DNA of 64,000 nt from a virus, in IMG/VR virus record IMGVR_UViG_3300045988_129445; one strand, given 5' to 3'. Under the pieces are notes generated by a model. It had not been told where the DNA came from and did no database searches. It was given only the letters and a program-made list of their open reading frames with translations. Positions 8,201 to 18,391 of the stretch are shown here, in pieces (position 1 is the stretch's first letter; each line of letters opens with the position of its first letter). The position numbers were made by a program, and so were the translations under genes.

Positions 8201-9553
8201 ATGAATCTAAACGAAATGGAAATTCCTTGCGATCCAATTTTGGACAAAACAAAGAGAGATGAGTTGGTGCAGAACACAGAACTTTTAAAACAGGTTACAA
8301 TCAAGCCGATCCCGTGGCTTCCTGGACGAGATTATATTACTACGGAACAGGTAGCACGATTCTTTGATGGAGATGTTGAGGAAGTCAAACGATTGTGTAC
8401 GAAGTATCGTAAAGAATTTTTGGAAGATGGAATGGAAGTTAAGACAGTGCAGGAGATCATTGACGGTCAGGACGCAGCAACGGAAAAACAGAAGGGAAGA
8501 ATCATGGTAACGTATCCGAACGGATTGAATATCTCATTCGGTTACAAGGGTACTAAGGTATTTACTCTTAAATGCTTGATCAGATTGTCTTTGCTGATGG
8601 AAACTTCAAAGCTTGCTGAGAGCGTAAGATATTATGTTTTCATTAATGATTATATCACGATAGAAGAGCAGAGAGAACAAGAACAGATAGAGGCAGGCGT
8701 GCAGCTTGTTGATACAACGGAAATTTTAGGCAGACGAATTGACTTATATAGAAGTATTGAAAATCCGTTATTCTTAGCGAGAGATGTTGCAGAATGGATT
8801 GATTACAGCAAGAGAGATAATGGAAAATATAAGACAGACATGATGTTACAATCTGTTGATTCAGATGAAAAATTTAAGACTAAAATTTTGACTGCCAACA
8901 ATCTTGGCACTCAGAATTTAGGTCAATTAGATACTGATGGAAAAACTAAAGTTCCGTTTTGGTTCCTCACAGAAGATGGACTCTATGAAGTGTGTATGCA
9001 GTCACGCAAGCCGATTGCAAAGCAGATGAAGAAACAGATTAAAGAATATCTTAGGAACATTCGTAAGACAGGCGGTGCAGTTGACTTTGGGAAAGAGTCA
9101 CAATTCATTGAACACTACTTCCCGTCATTCTCTGAGGATGTCAAGCTTGCCATGGTAACCGATCTGCGAACACAAAACAAAGAACTCAAAGAAGAGAATC
9201 AGAAGTTACAGAATGATAATAAGCTATTAGCAGCGGAAATTTTAACATGGGATGATCGCAATAAGATGAACGCTGGGATTAGGAAGTTGGCTGCGGTTAC
9301 AGGGACACAATTCTCTGTTATGTGGAATGAGCTGTATAAGAACTTACAGTATAAATATCAGATTGATGTTAAGAAACGTGGAAAGAAACCATTTCTACAG
9401 TGGATTCAAGAACATGAATGGGATAAGGTACTGAAAGTCTTTTGTGCAATGTGTGAAGCTAGAAACCTATCTCCAACAGATATGTTCCAACAGACAGCAC
9501 CAGTGGAAAATTTATATGATAATGAAGATGAGGATGATGAAGTATGGAATTAG
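8201..9553 (+). CDS. ORF6N/KilA-N-like DNA-binding domain protein with C-terminal coiled coil (450 aa); putative antirepressor
   Basis: N-terminal YITTEQVARFFDGDVEEVKRL resembles the ORF6N/KilA-N family; coiled coil KELKEENQKLQNDNKLL; start moved to ATG 8201. Confidence 0.4.
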   Translation: MNLNEMEIPCDPILDKTKRDELVQNTELLKQVTIKPIPWLPGRDYITTEQVARFFDGDVEEVKRLCTKYRKEFLEDGMEVKTVQEIIDGQDAATEKQKGRIMVTYPNGLNISFGYKGTKVFTLKCLIRLSLLMETSKLAESVRYYVFINDYITIEEQREQEQIEAGVQLVDTTEILGRRIDLYRSIENPLFLARDVAEWIDYSKRDNGKYKTDMMLQSVDSDEKFKTKILTANNLGTQNLGQLDTDGKTKVPFWFLTEDGLYEVCMQSRKPIAKQMKKQIKEYLRNIRKTGGAVDFGKESQFIEHYFPSFSEDVKLAMVTDLRTQNKELKEENQKLQNDNKLLAAEILTWDDRNKMNAGIRKLAAVTGTQFSVMWNELYKNLQYKYQIDVKKRGKKPFLQWIQEHEWDKVLKVFCAMCEARNLSPTDMFQQTAPVENLYDNEDEDDEVWN

Positions 9554-9789
9554 AACAGGTTGTTCATTTCTTTGAACAGTTCTGCGGAATATCTTTTGTG
9601 TTATATGTGATTGTTTTCCTAGCTTGGTTATCGCTAAGAAAAATTAATCGTGAACATAATAAGGTATATTTAAGCAAATATATAGACGTATTAGAGGAAA
9701 TATTAGAAGCTATTATGAAGCCTATGAAAGTAATTACGACATTATGGGTTATCGTAGCTTTCGGAATGCTTATTTATCAGCTGATTTAA
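9544..9789 (+). CDS. small membrane protein (81 aa)
   Basis: Hydrophobic segments FVLYVIVFLAWLSL and ITTLWVIVAFGMLIY; ATGGAATTAG overlaps the upstream stop. Confidence 0.45.
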   Translation: MELEQVVHFFEQFCGISFVLYVIVFLAWLSLRKINREHNKVYLSKYIDVLEEILEAIMKPMKVITTLWVIVAFGMLIYQLI

Positions 9790-9811
9790 TTCCATATAAT
9801 AATTTTGGCAA

Positions 9812-9840
9812 AGAACCGAGTGGAAGGTTCTTTTTATTTT
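9812..9840 (+). terminator. rho-independent terminator
   Basis: AGAACC-gagtggaa-GGTTCT then TTTTTATTTT. Confidence 0.55.
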
Positions 9841-9849
9841 ACGGAAATA

Positions 9850-9889
9850 TTTGACGAGAACCGATTTGGCAGGTCGGTTCTTTGTCAAA
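9850..9889 (+). repeat. long, nearly perfect inverted repeat forming a hairpin (TTTGACGAGAACCGA / TCGGTTCTTTGTCAAA)
   Basis: 15/16-nt arms separated by TTTGGCAGG; weak T-run after it. Confidence 0.45.
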
Positions 9890-9954
9890 TTTATTATACA
9901 CAAACTAATGATTCACTAAGCATATAATTGTTAATGGAAAGGGTGTTGATTACA

Positions 9955-10045
9955 TAGAGAACTAATAGGAATAGAATAGGTTTCTATTAGGATTGGCACA
10001 CTAATAGTTGGAATTAAATGTTGATTTTATTCCTATTGGTTTACG
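9955..10045 (+). repeat. cluster of CTAATAGG/CTATTAGG/CCTATTGG iteron-like repeats
   Basis: ACTAATAGGAAT (9961), CTATTAGGATTGG (9985), CTAATAGTTGGAAT (10001), ATTCCTATTGG (10029); the first and last form an inverted pair. Confidence 0.4.
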
Positions 10046-10111
10046 GAATATAACTATACAAAAATAATGAGTGTAGAGAAAAATAAGGAAATTTAGAAAG
10101 GAAGGTAAAGA

Positions 10112-11206
10112 ATGAACCTACAGTTAGTTAAAACGGAAAAATTTAACGATATAGCGTGTGATTTTTATAGTGCTGAGGATGATATTTGGATGACAAGAAA
10201 GCAGATTGGAGAGGCACTGGAGTACGATAATCCGAAGGATGCAATTTATAGGATACACGAAAGACATAAAGATAGGTTGGATAAACATTCAGTGGTCGAC
10301 AAATTGTCGACTACTGACGACAAAAAATATGACACTATACTTTATAATGAACGTGGCGTGATGGAAATTTGTAGATGGAGTAAACAGCCAAAGGCAAACA
10401 CCTTTATGGACTGGGTATGGGATATTGTACAGGCTTATCGTCATGGAAAATTAAGAACAGGAACTCCTGTAACAACAGTAGAGCAGTTTCTTACAGAGCA
10501 GACAGAGCTTATGAAGCAGATGGAAAGAAACAATGAACGCCTGTATAAGATTACTATAGAAGGATTTAATCAGTTGGCAGATATCGTTAAAGAAATGAAA
10601 GCTGAACGTAAGGAATTTTATAAGCAGATCGCTAAACCTACGAAAGATATTCCAGTGATGGATAAAGAAGCTGTAATCGCAGAATATAAGATGAATGAAT
10701 GGAAATCTAACGTCTATGGAATTATCGCAGATATTTTGAAAGAATCAGATGAACTAGGAACTACCACTAGAGATATTTTAAGAGAAGTTTATAATTATTT
10801 GACTAACACATATGGTATTGTGTGGGAACAGGATCGGAAAGAATATAAAGAGAAATATAACATCAGAGAAAGAGGCAATGTACCAACGATTGATCTTTGT
10901 TATGACAAATATCCTGATCTGCTAGTCAATTCACTGGAAAAACTTCTGCGACAGTTCCGTAAAGAGAACGCACAGCCTGATTGGGAAGAAATGAAAATCA
11001 AGATTACTAATTATGCTAATCATATTGGAAATAAATCTAAAGGCGGAACGTCTGTTTATCGGAAAATCTACACTAAGATGACAGAGAATGGTGTTAACTG
11101 GGATGAGTATGCTCATGGCATTCCTAAATCTCAGCTTATTAAAACTAATGCAACTTTATACAACAGATTTTATGAAGCTGCGGTGGAAATTATTTCAGAA
11201 GAATAG
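10112..11206 (+). CDS. Bro-N/AntA-like antirepressor family protein (364 aa)
   Basis: N-terminal KFNDIACDFYSAEDDIWMTRKQIGEALEYDNPKDAIYRI resembles Bro-N; strong AGGAAGGTAAAGAATG translation-initiation context. Confidence 0.5.
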   Translation: MNLQLVKTEKFNDIACDFYSAEDDIWMTRKQIGEALEYDNPKDAIYRIHERHKDRLDKHSVVDKLSTTDDKKYDTILYNERGVMEICRWSKQPKANTFMDWVWDIVQAYRHGKLRTGTPVTTVEQFLTEQTELMKQMERNNERLYKITIEGFNQLADIVKEMKAERKEFYKQIAKPTKDIPVMDKEAVIAEYKMNEWKSNVYGIIADILKESDELGTTTRDILREVYNYLTNTYGIVWEQDRKEYKEKYNIRERGNVPTIDLCYDKYPDLLVNSLEKLLRQFRKENAQPDWEEMKIKITNYANHIGNKSKGGTSVYRKIYTKMTENGVNWDEYAHGIPKSQLIKTNATLYNRFYEAAVEIISEE

Positions 11207-11223
11207 AGAGGTGTGGTATAATT

Positions 11224-11487
11224 ATGAAAATTGACAATGTAGCAGAACTTAGAGAAAGTGATAAATTTTGTTCGTGTGTTGAATGTGGAAAGCATTTTGA
11301 GGACGATAGATGTATGAAAAGAATTTTATTTGAACATGAGTTAGGGTTTAATGTTGTAACGCATACAGTTTATTTGTGCTCAAAATGTTATGAAGATTTG
11401 TTCCAACTTATGTGCGACACAGATATTGATGAATCAATGGCTAAAACTGATGCAGTAATGAAACAAATATTTGATCAGAAGGAGTGA
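11224..11487 (+). CDS. small Cys-rich (Zn-ribbon-like) protein (87 aa)
   Basis: CSCVECGKHF...CSKCYEDL cysteine pairs. Confidence 0.45.
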   Translation: MKIDNVAELRESDKFCSCVECGKHFEDDRCMKRILFEHELGFNVVTHTVYLCSKCYEDLFQLMCDTDIDESMAKTDAVMKQIFDQKE

Positions 11488-11493
11488 TGTGAA

Positions 11494-11721
11494 ATGATTA
11501 AGATTTTTAAAGATATGAGTGATAGCGACTTAAAATCTATTTGGGAAAAATATGTTAGGGCTAAAGAAGTTGGAAAAACCTGTGAAAGTTTTAGAGAATA
11601 TGCGAGAAAGTGGAAAAATGAACTTTATTCAGAAGACACTTTGCAATTCTCCGGGCTTGTAATCGCAGTGGAACAACAATTTTTTGAAGAAATAGCGAAA
11701 AGATATTTTGAAAAGGAATGA
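11494..11721 (+). CDS. hypothetical protein (75 aa)
   Basis: ORF with GGAGTGATGTGAAATG context. Confidence 0.45.
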   Translation: MIKIFKDMSDSDLKSIWEKYVRAKEVGKTCESFREYARKWKNELYSEDTLQFSGLVIAVEQQFFEEIAKRYFEKE

Positions 11722-11727
11722 TGTAAA

Positions 11728-12105
11728 ATGGAAATATTAACATTGAAGGGCAATGGAAAATCTAAACTGCTAATGCAGTTAATGAATCAGTGTGAATCAA
11801 AACGAGCTTTAATGATTATCTATAAAGGACAGAATGTTTCTAAAAGTTGGATTCCATATGGCTGTATTTGTGCAGAAACAGATGATATTAAATTTATGGA
11901 AAGCAATGTTGAGCAGTATATCAAACACATGGAGACAGTTGTGTATGAACCTATTGATTATATTGTGATATACTCTAACGTAAAGACAGAAAATGAAATG
12001 AGAAGAGATGGAGTATATACGAAACTAGAATCTGTATTAAATAAATTTTATATGGATATTAGAAAGTATAATTCTCCAACTTGCATTGTAGCTTGTAAAG
12101 AATAA
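11728..12105 (+). CDS. hypothetical protein (125 aa)
   Basis: ORF with AAGGAATGATGTAAAATG context. Confidence 0.5.
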   Translation: MEILTLKGNGKSKLLMQLMNQCESKRALMIIYKGQNVSKSWIPYGCICAETDDIKFMESNVEQYIKHMETVVYEPIDYIVIYSNVKTENEMRRDGVYTKLESVLNKFYMDIRKYNSPTCIVACKE

Positions 12106-12138
12106 AATGAAACTTTGATAGAAAGGAAAGGGGTAAGT

Positions 12139-13128
12139 ATGGCTAAATATGAAGGTACTTACGCTTGTGGGCATGATGGCGTAGTAAATGTGATCGGAAA
12201 AATGAGTGAAAGACAGAGAAAAGCTGACTATGCTTTTTCTCATTTATGTCCGAAATGTGCAAAAGAAGAAAAAGAAAGAAAAATTGCAGAAGAAAACAAA
12301 AAGTCTAAAGAACTATCAGAAGAATACGGATTTCCAAACCTAACAGGAACGGAAAAACAAGTAGCATGGGGTAATACCATTCGATTGGGTTTTTACAATG
12401 AGTTTGAAAACGACAGAACGGCACAATCTATTATTGAGAATGAAACGACAGCTTCTTTTTGGTTAGACTTAGACCGATTTATTAGTAAACAAGATTTTCT
12501 GCGAAAATATAAACGAACTAAGAGGGAGAAAGAACGTCGAGAAAGAATCGTTAGTATTGATGCTGTGGCACCAGAAAGATTAGAACATGAAGGTGTTGTG
12601 GAAATTGTTAAAAAACTTGATAAAATATGCCTGTTTTATCTGAAAGATCAGGACTTCATCAATTTGGTTAAATCAAAAGATTATAGATGGAATGAAGATG
12701 ATTGTTGTTGGTGTCGTTGTCTGACCGAGAAAAGCGGAAATTATGCTGATAGAGTAGCAGAAATTGGACATGGCTTATTGCAGAATGGGTTTGCAATTTG
12801 TATTCATGATAGTGAAATTACAGAAATGGCAATCAGTGGAAATTATAAAAAAGAAAACACTCGTTGGATTAATTACGATTCAGAAGATAAAGTTCTAACA
12901 TTGCGTTGGAGCGCAAGGAGTAATGAAATTTACAATGCTGCAAGGAAAATTATGAATAATCGGTATAGTCGGGATAAAGGGTGTGTGGAAGTACCTATAG
13001 CCAATTACAGGTCTGTAAATAACTTTGCGAAAAAGTATGATTTTTGTTATACTGAAAATGCACTTGATGCTATCGAACAGTATAAAAAAGAAGTCAGAGA
13101 AATGAGAAGGGTTAAGGTGGACAAGTAA
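12139..13128 (+). CDS. hypothetical protein with N-terminal Zn-finger-like motif (329 aa); start moved to ATG 12139
   Basis: GAAAGGAAAGGGG ribosome-binding site; CGHDG...CPKC. Confidence 0.5.
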   Translation: MAKYEGTYACGHDGVVNVIGKMSERQRKADYAFSHLCPKCAKEEKERKIAEENKKSKELSEEYGFPNLTGTEKQVAWGNTIRLGFYNEFENDRTAQSIIENETTASFWLDLDRFISKQDFLRKYKRTKREKERRERIVSIDAVAPERLEHEGVVEIVKKLDKICLFYLKDQDFINLVKSKDYRWNEDDCCWCRCLTEKSGNYADRVAEIGHGLLQNGFAICIHDSEITEMAISGNYKKENTRWINYDSEDKVLTLRWSARSNEIYNAARKIMNNRYSRDKGCVEVPIANYRSVNNFAKKYDFCYTENALDAIEQYKKEVREMRRVKVDK

Positions 13129-13913
13129 TGGAATATATTAATCATTATACTCTGTTGACAGGGCATATGAGAAAATCTTATTCAGAGGAAATCAGTAGTG
13201 AAATAAGAACTAGAATGAGAGAGCTTATTAAATTTGATAGGAATGTATCATCTAATTACACAGTACCGTTTATGGATGGAACTAAATTGCATATTACTGC
13301 GGATGGAGCTTTCTATTGTGCAGAAGTTATATTAGAAGCTGAAGGCGAAAATATTGTATTGCTGACAACAGTAGGATGCAAAGATAGAAGCGGATTATCC
13401 CTTGCAATGAGATCAATAGAGTGTGCGTACAAAGATTTGTTTGGAAAATCCTTGGGTGAATATCACCCAGAACTGCCATTCATTGTAGATATTCCAACGC
13501 CATTTTGTACCATAATCTCAAACTGGTCAGGGGATTTTTGCAGAACATTGGCATGGTCGGTTTTTGATGACAAAGATGATCAGCCGACAGAAGAAAAAGT
13601 AGAAACAAATACAATTCGTAGAAGTGTAGAAGATCTTCACGGAGTAAAGAAAGATAATTATAAAGGACTTCCAGAGGAATTAAAAGAATTCAATTATTAT
13701 TTTGCTGATTGTGGACATTCTATCCTTGCAATTCCAGAATGTAAGTTAGACGAAGCAATTAAAGATGGAGATTTGGATATGTTTGAATGTCCGTTCCCTG
13801 TAAAATATGTTCTTGAAAAAGGATATAGAATGTATAAAGATCATGTAGTTTGTGACGCAGAATATCATCCTGCATTTGGGTTAGTAATTGACGAAGAATG
13901 GGATGAATTTTAG
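13128..13913 (+). CDS. hypothetical protein (261 aa)
   Basis: ORF overlapping the upstream stop (TAATGG). Confidence 0.5.
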   Translation: MEYINHYTLLTGHMRKSYSEEISSEIRTRMRELIKFDRNVSSNYTVPFMDGTKLHITADGAFYCAEVILEAEGENIVLLTTVGCKDRSGLSLAMRSIECAYKDLFGKSLGEYHPELPFIVDIPTPFCTIISNWSGDFCRTLAWSVFDDKDDQPTEEKVETNTIRRSVEDLHGVKKDNYKGLPEELKEFNYYFADCGHSILAIPECKLDEAIKDGDLDMFECPFPVKYVLEKGYRMYKDHVVCDAEYHPAFGLVIDEEWDEF

Positions 13914-13997
13914 AGCAACTTAATAAGATAGAACAAGTTAAAGCATATCATTTTTTGTAATGGTATGCTTTAAAAATATAGACAGGAATGAGAGTAG

Positions 13998-14381
13998 GTG
14001 GAAGATAAAGAAAAGAAATTTATATCAAAAGGAGATATAGATTTTGCTTATGGTAAAGATGGAATGATGCATAGGGTATGGCAGCTTGAAGATTTAAGAA
14101 GGTTATATCATGGTGTTTTAACAGATGATATGATAAAAGATATGCATTGTACCTATAATATTTATGATCTATTCAGTGGAAAAGAGTTTCTACAAATGGT
14201 TGAAGAAGATTGTATTATAGATTATGATGGTTCTCTATCGGATATTTTCGTCGATGGATACAAAAGTAACTTAGGACTTGTAGCTAACAATTTTTGTCAA
14301 GGAAAATTCTTAGTAACAACGGAAATATTCAGAGAATTATGTGATGAATATAATATTCAAGTTAACTGGGCAAATAAATAA
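13998..14381 (+). CDS. hypothetical protein (127 aa, GTG start)
   Basis: GAGAGTAGGTG context. Confidence 0.45.
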   Translation: MEDKEKKFISKGDIDFAYGKDGMMHRVWQLEDLRRLYHGVLTDDMIKDMHCTYNIYDLFSGKEFLQMVEEDCIIDYDGSLSDIFVDGYKSNLGLVANNFCQGKFLVTTEIFRELCDEYNIQVNWANK

Positions 14382-14405
14382 GCAAATGGAAAGGAAGTTG
14401 GATAA

Positions 14406-15134
14406 ATGAGAGAAAATGCTAGGAAAGAAGGAGATTATATAATATCAGAAGATGCTCTTGGAACATCATATAAACACCCATCATTTGGAATGTTATCATT
14501 CAATCGTACTCATGGCGGGCATAGCAATTTATTTGGCAGTAGCATTCAGCATAACGATACAATCCATATGGTATTAAGGGAAGGTGTGGTTACAAGGGGA
14601 CTCAATGATGATTGGTATGTTGGAGAAGATGAGATTCTGGAAGTAGAAATGTCGCAATCACAATTTGCGGAATTAATTACTTCTATGAATGTTGGAACAG
14701 GTACTCCATGTACTATTAAATATTTACGTGGTAAAGGACGTATTAACGAAGCGGATTTTATCAATAAAAGACAGCAGATAACAAATGAATTTAAAGAGTG
14801 TATGAACGAGCGTATGAGCGATGCAAAAGAATTTTATGATGAAGTCAAGGAGCTTTTTACTACGAAGAAATCTATTGGAAAAGGTGATCGAGAAATGATT
14901 CTGAGAAGACTTGCCAACGTGACTCAAGGTATGGAATCTAGTTCAAAATTTATCTTTGATCAATTCCAAAATCAGATAGACAAAACAATTACAGAAGCTA
15001 AAGGAGAAATCGAGGCTTTTGCACAGAATAAAATTAATGCAATAGCTCAACAGGCTCTTGTAGAACAGAAAGAAGATATTTTAAAATTAGAGAATCCTGT
15101 TGATGTAAATCATATGGAACTTGATGAAGAATAA
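14406..15134 (+). CDS. hypothetical protein (242 aa)
   Basis: GGAAAGGAAGTTGG ribosome-binding site. Confidence 0.5.
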   Translation: MRENARKEGDYIISEDALGTSYKHPSFGMLSFNRTHGGHSNLFGSSIQHNDTIHMVLREGVVTRGLNDDWYVGEDEILEVEMSQSQFAELITSMNVGTGTPCTIKYLRGKGRINEADFINKRQQITNEFKECMNERMSDAKEFYDEVKELFTTKKSIGKGDREMILRRLANVTQGMESSSKFIFDQFQNQIDKTITEAKGEIEAFAQNKINAIAQQALVEQKEDILKLENPVDVNHMELDEE

Positions 15135-15296
15135 AACGAAAATTTGATAGGTGGTGGTACGAATGGTGGATTGGGATCAACATAAATGTATAAAGGAGCG
15201 TTCCCTGCACATTTGACTAGGTTGCTAGTGGAAATTTCTAATTGCTGGGTAGAATCTATGTCTGAAAAATAATGTATATTATAGGAGATGATAAGA

Positions 15297-15476
15297 ATGG
15301 AAAGTATTTATAAAAGAAGGGCAGATAGTGACTTGATTGTGGAATACAAACAATTTGAAAATAAAATGAAAAATGGTAAATTAACTGTACACGAACAAAG
15401 AATGTATGTTACATTACTATCTGAAATTTCTGATCGTTGGATAAAACAGAATGAAATTGAAAGAGGTGCTAAATGA
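15297..15476 (+). CDS. hypothetical small protein (59 aa); start moved to ATG 15297
   Basis: AGGAG at 15282-15286 is too close to ATG 15288 and better spaced for ATG 15297. Confidence 0.4.
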   Translation: MESIYKRRADSDLIVEYKQFENKMKNGKLTVHEQRMYVTLLSEISDRWIKQNEIERGAK

Positions 15477-15718
15477 GAAAACCAATAACAAAATGTCCGC
15501 ACTGCGGAAGTGATCGTGGAATGGCTGTTAGGTTTAAAGCTACTGGAACCGATATATATAGTTTTGATGGACATTTTCAAGATGAAGAAATTATTGAATA
15601 CTGTACATATAATAAATGTATGACATGCTGTGACTGTGGTAAACGTATAATGAGTTATGATGAATTTATGACACATTATGCAATCAATGAATTAACAGGT
15701 AAGCATTTAAAACAGTGA
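15473..15718 (+). CDS. Zn-ribbon protein (81 aa)
   Basis: CPHCGS...CCDCGKRI. Confidence 0.45.
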   Translation: MRKPITKCPHCGSDRGMAVRFKATGTDIYSFDGHFQDEEIIEYCTYNKCMTCCDCGKRIMSYDEFMTHYAINELTGKHLKQ

Positions 15719-15758
15719 AAGGAGAATTTTATCTCCATATACAGAGGGGAGTGATGCC

Positions 15759-16478
15759 ATGAATAACACAGGATGGATTAAACTCCATCGGAAAATCACA
15801 GATCATTGGCTATGGGAAGATAAACCATTTGCCAGAGGACAAGCAATGATTGACTTACTGATTCTCGCAGGTTATAATGATCAATCAAAATACATTGATG
15901 GAAACTTAGAAACAGTCGAGCGAGGATCGATGGTTACTTCGATCAGAAGATTGTGTGATCGATGGGGGTGGAGTAATTCAAAGGTTGTCAAATTTTTAAA
16001 GACACTGGAACACGACAGTATCATACATGTAAAAAGCGACACTAAAAAGACAGTCATAACCATAGTAAATTACGGTGTTTATCAAGGCTTTGTAGACGAA
16101 AAAACTACACAGAAACGACACCAAAACGACGCAGAAGCGACACATAAAAAGAAAGTAAAGAATAATAATAAATATAATAATAATATAAAGCGATTCACAC
16201 CGCCTGATTGCGAGCAAGTCTCCAGATATTGCCAACAAAGACGAAATGGAATTAATCCAGAAGAGTTTGTGGATTATTACACAGCCAAAGATTGGATGAT
16301 AGGCAATAGCAAGATGACAGACTGGAAGGCAGCAGTACGAAACTGGGAACGGAATCAGGCTAAGAAGAACGCTAAACAAAAGCCAAAGGTAACGAACCTT
16401 GCACACTTGGAATGTGATCGTGATTATGATTTTGATGCGTTGGAAAGACAGTTGTTTGAGAAGCAGATGACAGGATAA
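15759..16478 (+). CDS. phage replisome-organizer / DnaD-like replication initiation protein (239 aa)
   Basis: N-terminal GWIKLHRKITDHWLWEDKPF is typical of the phage replisome-organizer N-terminal domain; C-terminal region with FTPPDCEQVSRYCQQR...DWKAAVRNWERNQ resembles a DnaD-type domain. Confidence 0.55.
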   Translation: MNNTGWIKLHRKITDHWLWEDKPFARGQAMIDLLILAGYNDQSKYIDGNLETVERGSMVTSIRRLCDRWGWSNSKVVKFLKTLEHDSIIHVKSDTKKTVITIVNYGVYQGFVDEKTTQKRHQNDAEATHKKKVKNNNKYNNNIKRFTPPDCEQVSRYCQQRRNGINPEEFVDYYTAKDWMIGNSKMTDWKAAVRNWERNQAKKNAKQKPKVTNLAHLECDRDYDFDALERQLFEKQMTG

Positions 16479-16499
16479 GTTTGACGAAAGGATGGAAAA

Positions 16500-16964
16500 A
16501 TGTCAGAAAATATTTATATTCACTACGGAAGTGATAAGTTTGAGAAAGAGTTGTTTATGTCAATTGTGAACAGAAACATGATTAACAAACCATTTGGAGG
16601 TTTATGGGCATCGGATATAAAGGCGGATCAGCCGTGGGAGAAATGGTGTATTGATAATGATTTTAGAATTGATAAACTAGACAAAAACTTTAAATTTACA
16701 TTGGATGATTCGGCAAATATTGTTGAATGGACAGCGAAAGCCGATTTAAGGCAGGTTCCAACGCAAGATCTATCGGGATATCTCCCAGAATATTTATTTG
16801 ATACAATGGGCGTTGTGCCAGATTTTGAGAAGATGGTCGAAGATGGAGTTGATGCAATTAAGCTTAATTTATCCAAAGGTGATTATGAGTTATATTATGA
16901 GCTTTACGGTTGGGATTGTGATAGTATTCTGATCATGAATCCTGATATTATTAGACCATTGTAG
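16500..16964 (+). CDS. hypothetical protein (154 aa)
   Basis: AAGGATGGAAAAATG context. Confidence 0.5.
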   Translation: MSENIYIHYGSDKFEKELFMSIVNRNMINKPFGGLWASDIKADQPWEKWCIDNDFRIDKLDKNFKFTLDDSANIVEWTAKADLRQVPTQDLSGYLPEYLFDTMGVVPDFEKMVEDGVDAIKLNLSKGDYELYYELYGWDCDSILIMNPDIIRPL

Positions 16965-16989
16965 AAATTAAATAACAGAATGAGATTGA

Positions 16990-17014
16990 GAAGCTTAGGG
17001 CTTCTTTTTATTTT
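16990..17014 (+). terminator. rho-independent terminator
   Basis: GAAGC-ttagg-GCTTC then TTTTTATTTT. Confidence 0.55.
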
Positions 17015-17117
17015 GCCTAAATTTAGAGAATAGGAGTAAGAATTATGGAATTAATCGAAGTAGAAATTAGACCAGAAGTACGTGAACAGTGCAATAATTA
17101 GAGAGGAGATTGGAATA

Positions 17118-17414
17118 ATGAAATTATACGGAACAGTGAATACAGAGGTTGATGTGAGTAAATATAATATATTAATAGCTGCGGCTCAAATACTATACGA
17201 TGGACACCTATATGATAGTTGGGGAATTCATACAGAGTTATTGGAGTCAGATCATAGAGAAAATAACACTGGTAAAAGAGCATTATTTAAGGTTGAAGAT
17301 ATATCATATCATGGTTCCCCAGTATGGAAATATACATTGATTACTGACGATGAAAATGCAATAAATGATTTTCTGTTGGCACAGGAAATAGAAAAAGTAA
17401 TTAAGAGAGTGTAA
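17118..17414 (+). CDS. hypothetical protein (98 aa); start moved to ATG 17118
   Basis: AGAGAGGAGATTGG ribosome-binding site. Confidence 0.45.
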   Translation: MKLYGTVNTEVDVSKYNILIAAAQILYDGHLYDSWGIHTELLESDHRENNTGKRALFKVEDISYHGSPVWKYTLITDDENAINDFLLAQEIEKVIKRV

Positions 17415-17440
17415 GAATAATTAAGAGAGGAGAGATTATC

Positions 17441-18391
17441 ATGGCTGCAACACAGTTTGAAGTTATTGAAACAGCAAACAATAATAACGCAGAAGAACCT
17501 GAAGCAAAGATCAAAAGACGTAAGGACGGAAATCCTAAATGGACTCGATCTAATAAACAAAAAGGCGTATCATCTTTAGTGTATCCAATTAAGAATAAAG
17601 AAAAATTTGCAGCCTTTAATGCATATTTTAGAGATCAGATTGATAAATCCTATACAGAGTACAAACGATATGTAGCTGCCAGAAATAATCTTTTGGTTGC
17701 AGTTGGGAACAATACCGCATATCGTATCTCTGATATTGTTAGACTTAAATGGAGCGACTTATTGGGAGACAAGACTCGTAAACAGGAAAAGAAAACAAAG
17801 AAATTCAGAACGGTATACTTTAACGATTTGGTAACTGAAGCAGTGGATATTTTCTTTGAAGCTGTTGCAGGAACTAAATATGATGTCAAGATTGATGGCG
17901 AAGTGTCAATGGATGATTATGTTTTTGGAACATGTAAGTCTGGATCAGGACACATGACTGAAGCAAATGCTTTGGATTTTGTTAAAAAAGGTGCTAAAGC
18001 AGTTGGAATTGAGGACAATATTGGTACACATACACTACGAAAGAACTTTGTGTATTGGACACTTGTTGATCATAAAGATGATCAGAACGTATTGTATACA
18101 CTTATGAGATTGTTGAATCATAGTAGCCCTGCAATGACGTTTTTATATGCTACAATTACAGAAGAGGAAACACATGTATTGTTCGATGATATTGCTCAGA
18201 CATACAAGGATATTATCAGCGGAGCATTTAATGGACTGAGGGAAAATGTTATTAACGTGAGCTATGATAGAGTAATGGAGATTATCAAGTGTGCTTATGA
18301 TGCAGGGAAAGATGATGCAGATAAAGATGATGGAGTGCATGAGGATAATATGCAAGCATTAAAAGAATTACTGGAAGGAGTTATTGTATGA
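17441..18391 (+). CDS. tyrosine-type site-specific recombinase/integrase (316 aa), catalytic residues present
   Basis: Box I NTAYRISDIVRLKWSDL, box II GTHTLRKNF, C-terminal LNHSSPAMTFLYA with the catalytic Tyr. Confidence 0.8.
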   Translation: MAATQFEVIETANNNNAEEPEAKIKRRKDGNPKWTRSNKQKGVSSLVYPIKNKEKFAAFNAYFRDQIDKSYTEYKRYVAARNNLLVAVGNNTAYRISDIVRLKWSDLLGDKTRKQEKKTKKFRTVYFNDLVTEAVDIFFEAVAGTKYDVKIDGEVSMDDYVFGTCKSGSGHMTEANALDFVKKGAKAVGIEDNIGTHTLRKNFVYWTLVDHKDDQNVLYTLMRLLNHSSPAMTFLYATITEEETHVLFDDIAQTYKDIISGAFNGLRENVINVSYDRVMEIIKCAYDAGKDDADKDDGVHEDNMQALKELLEGVIV

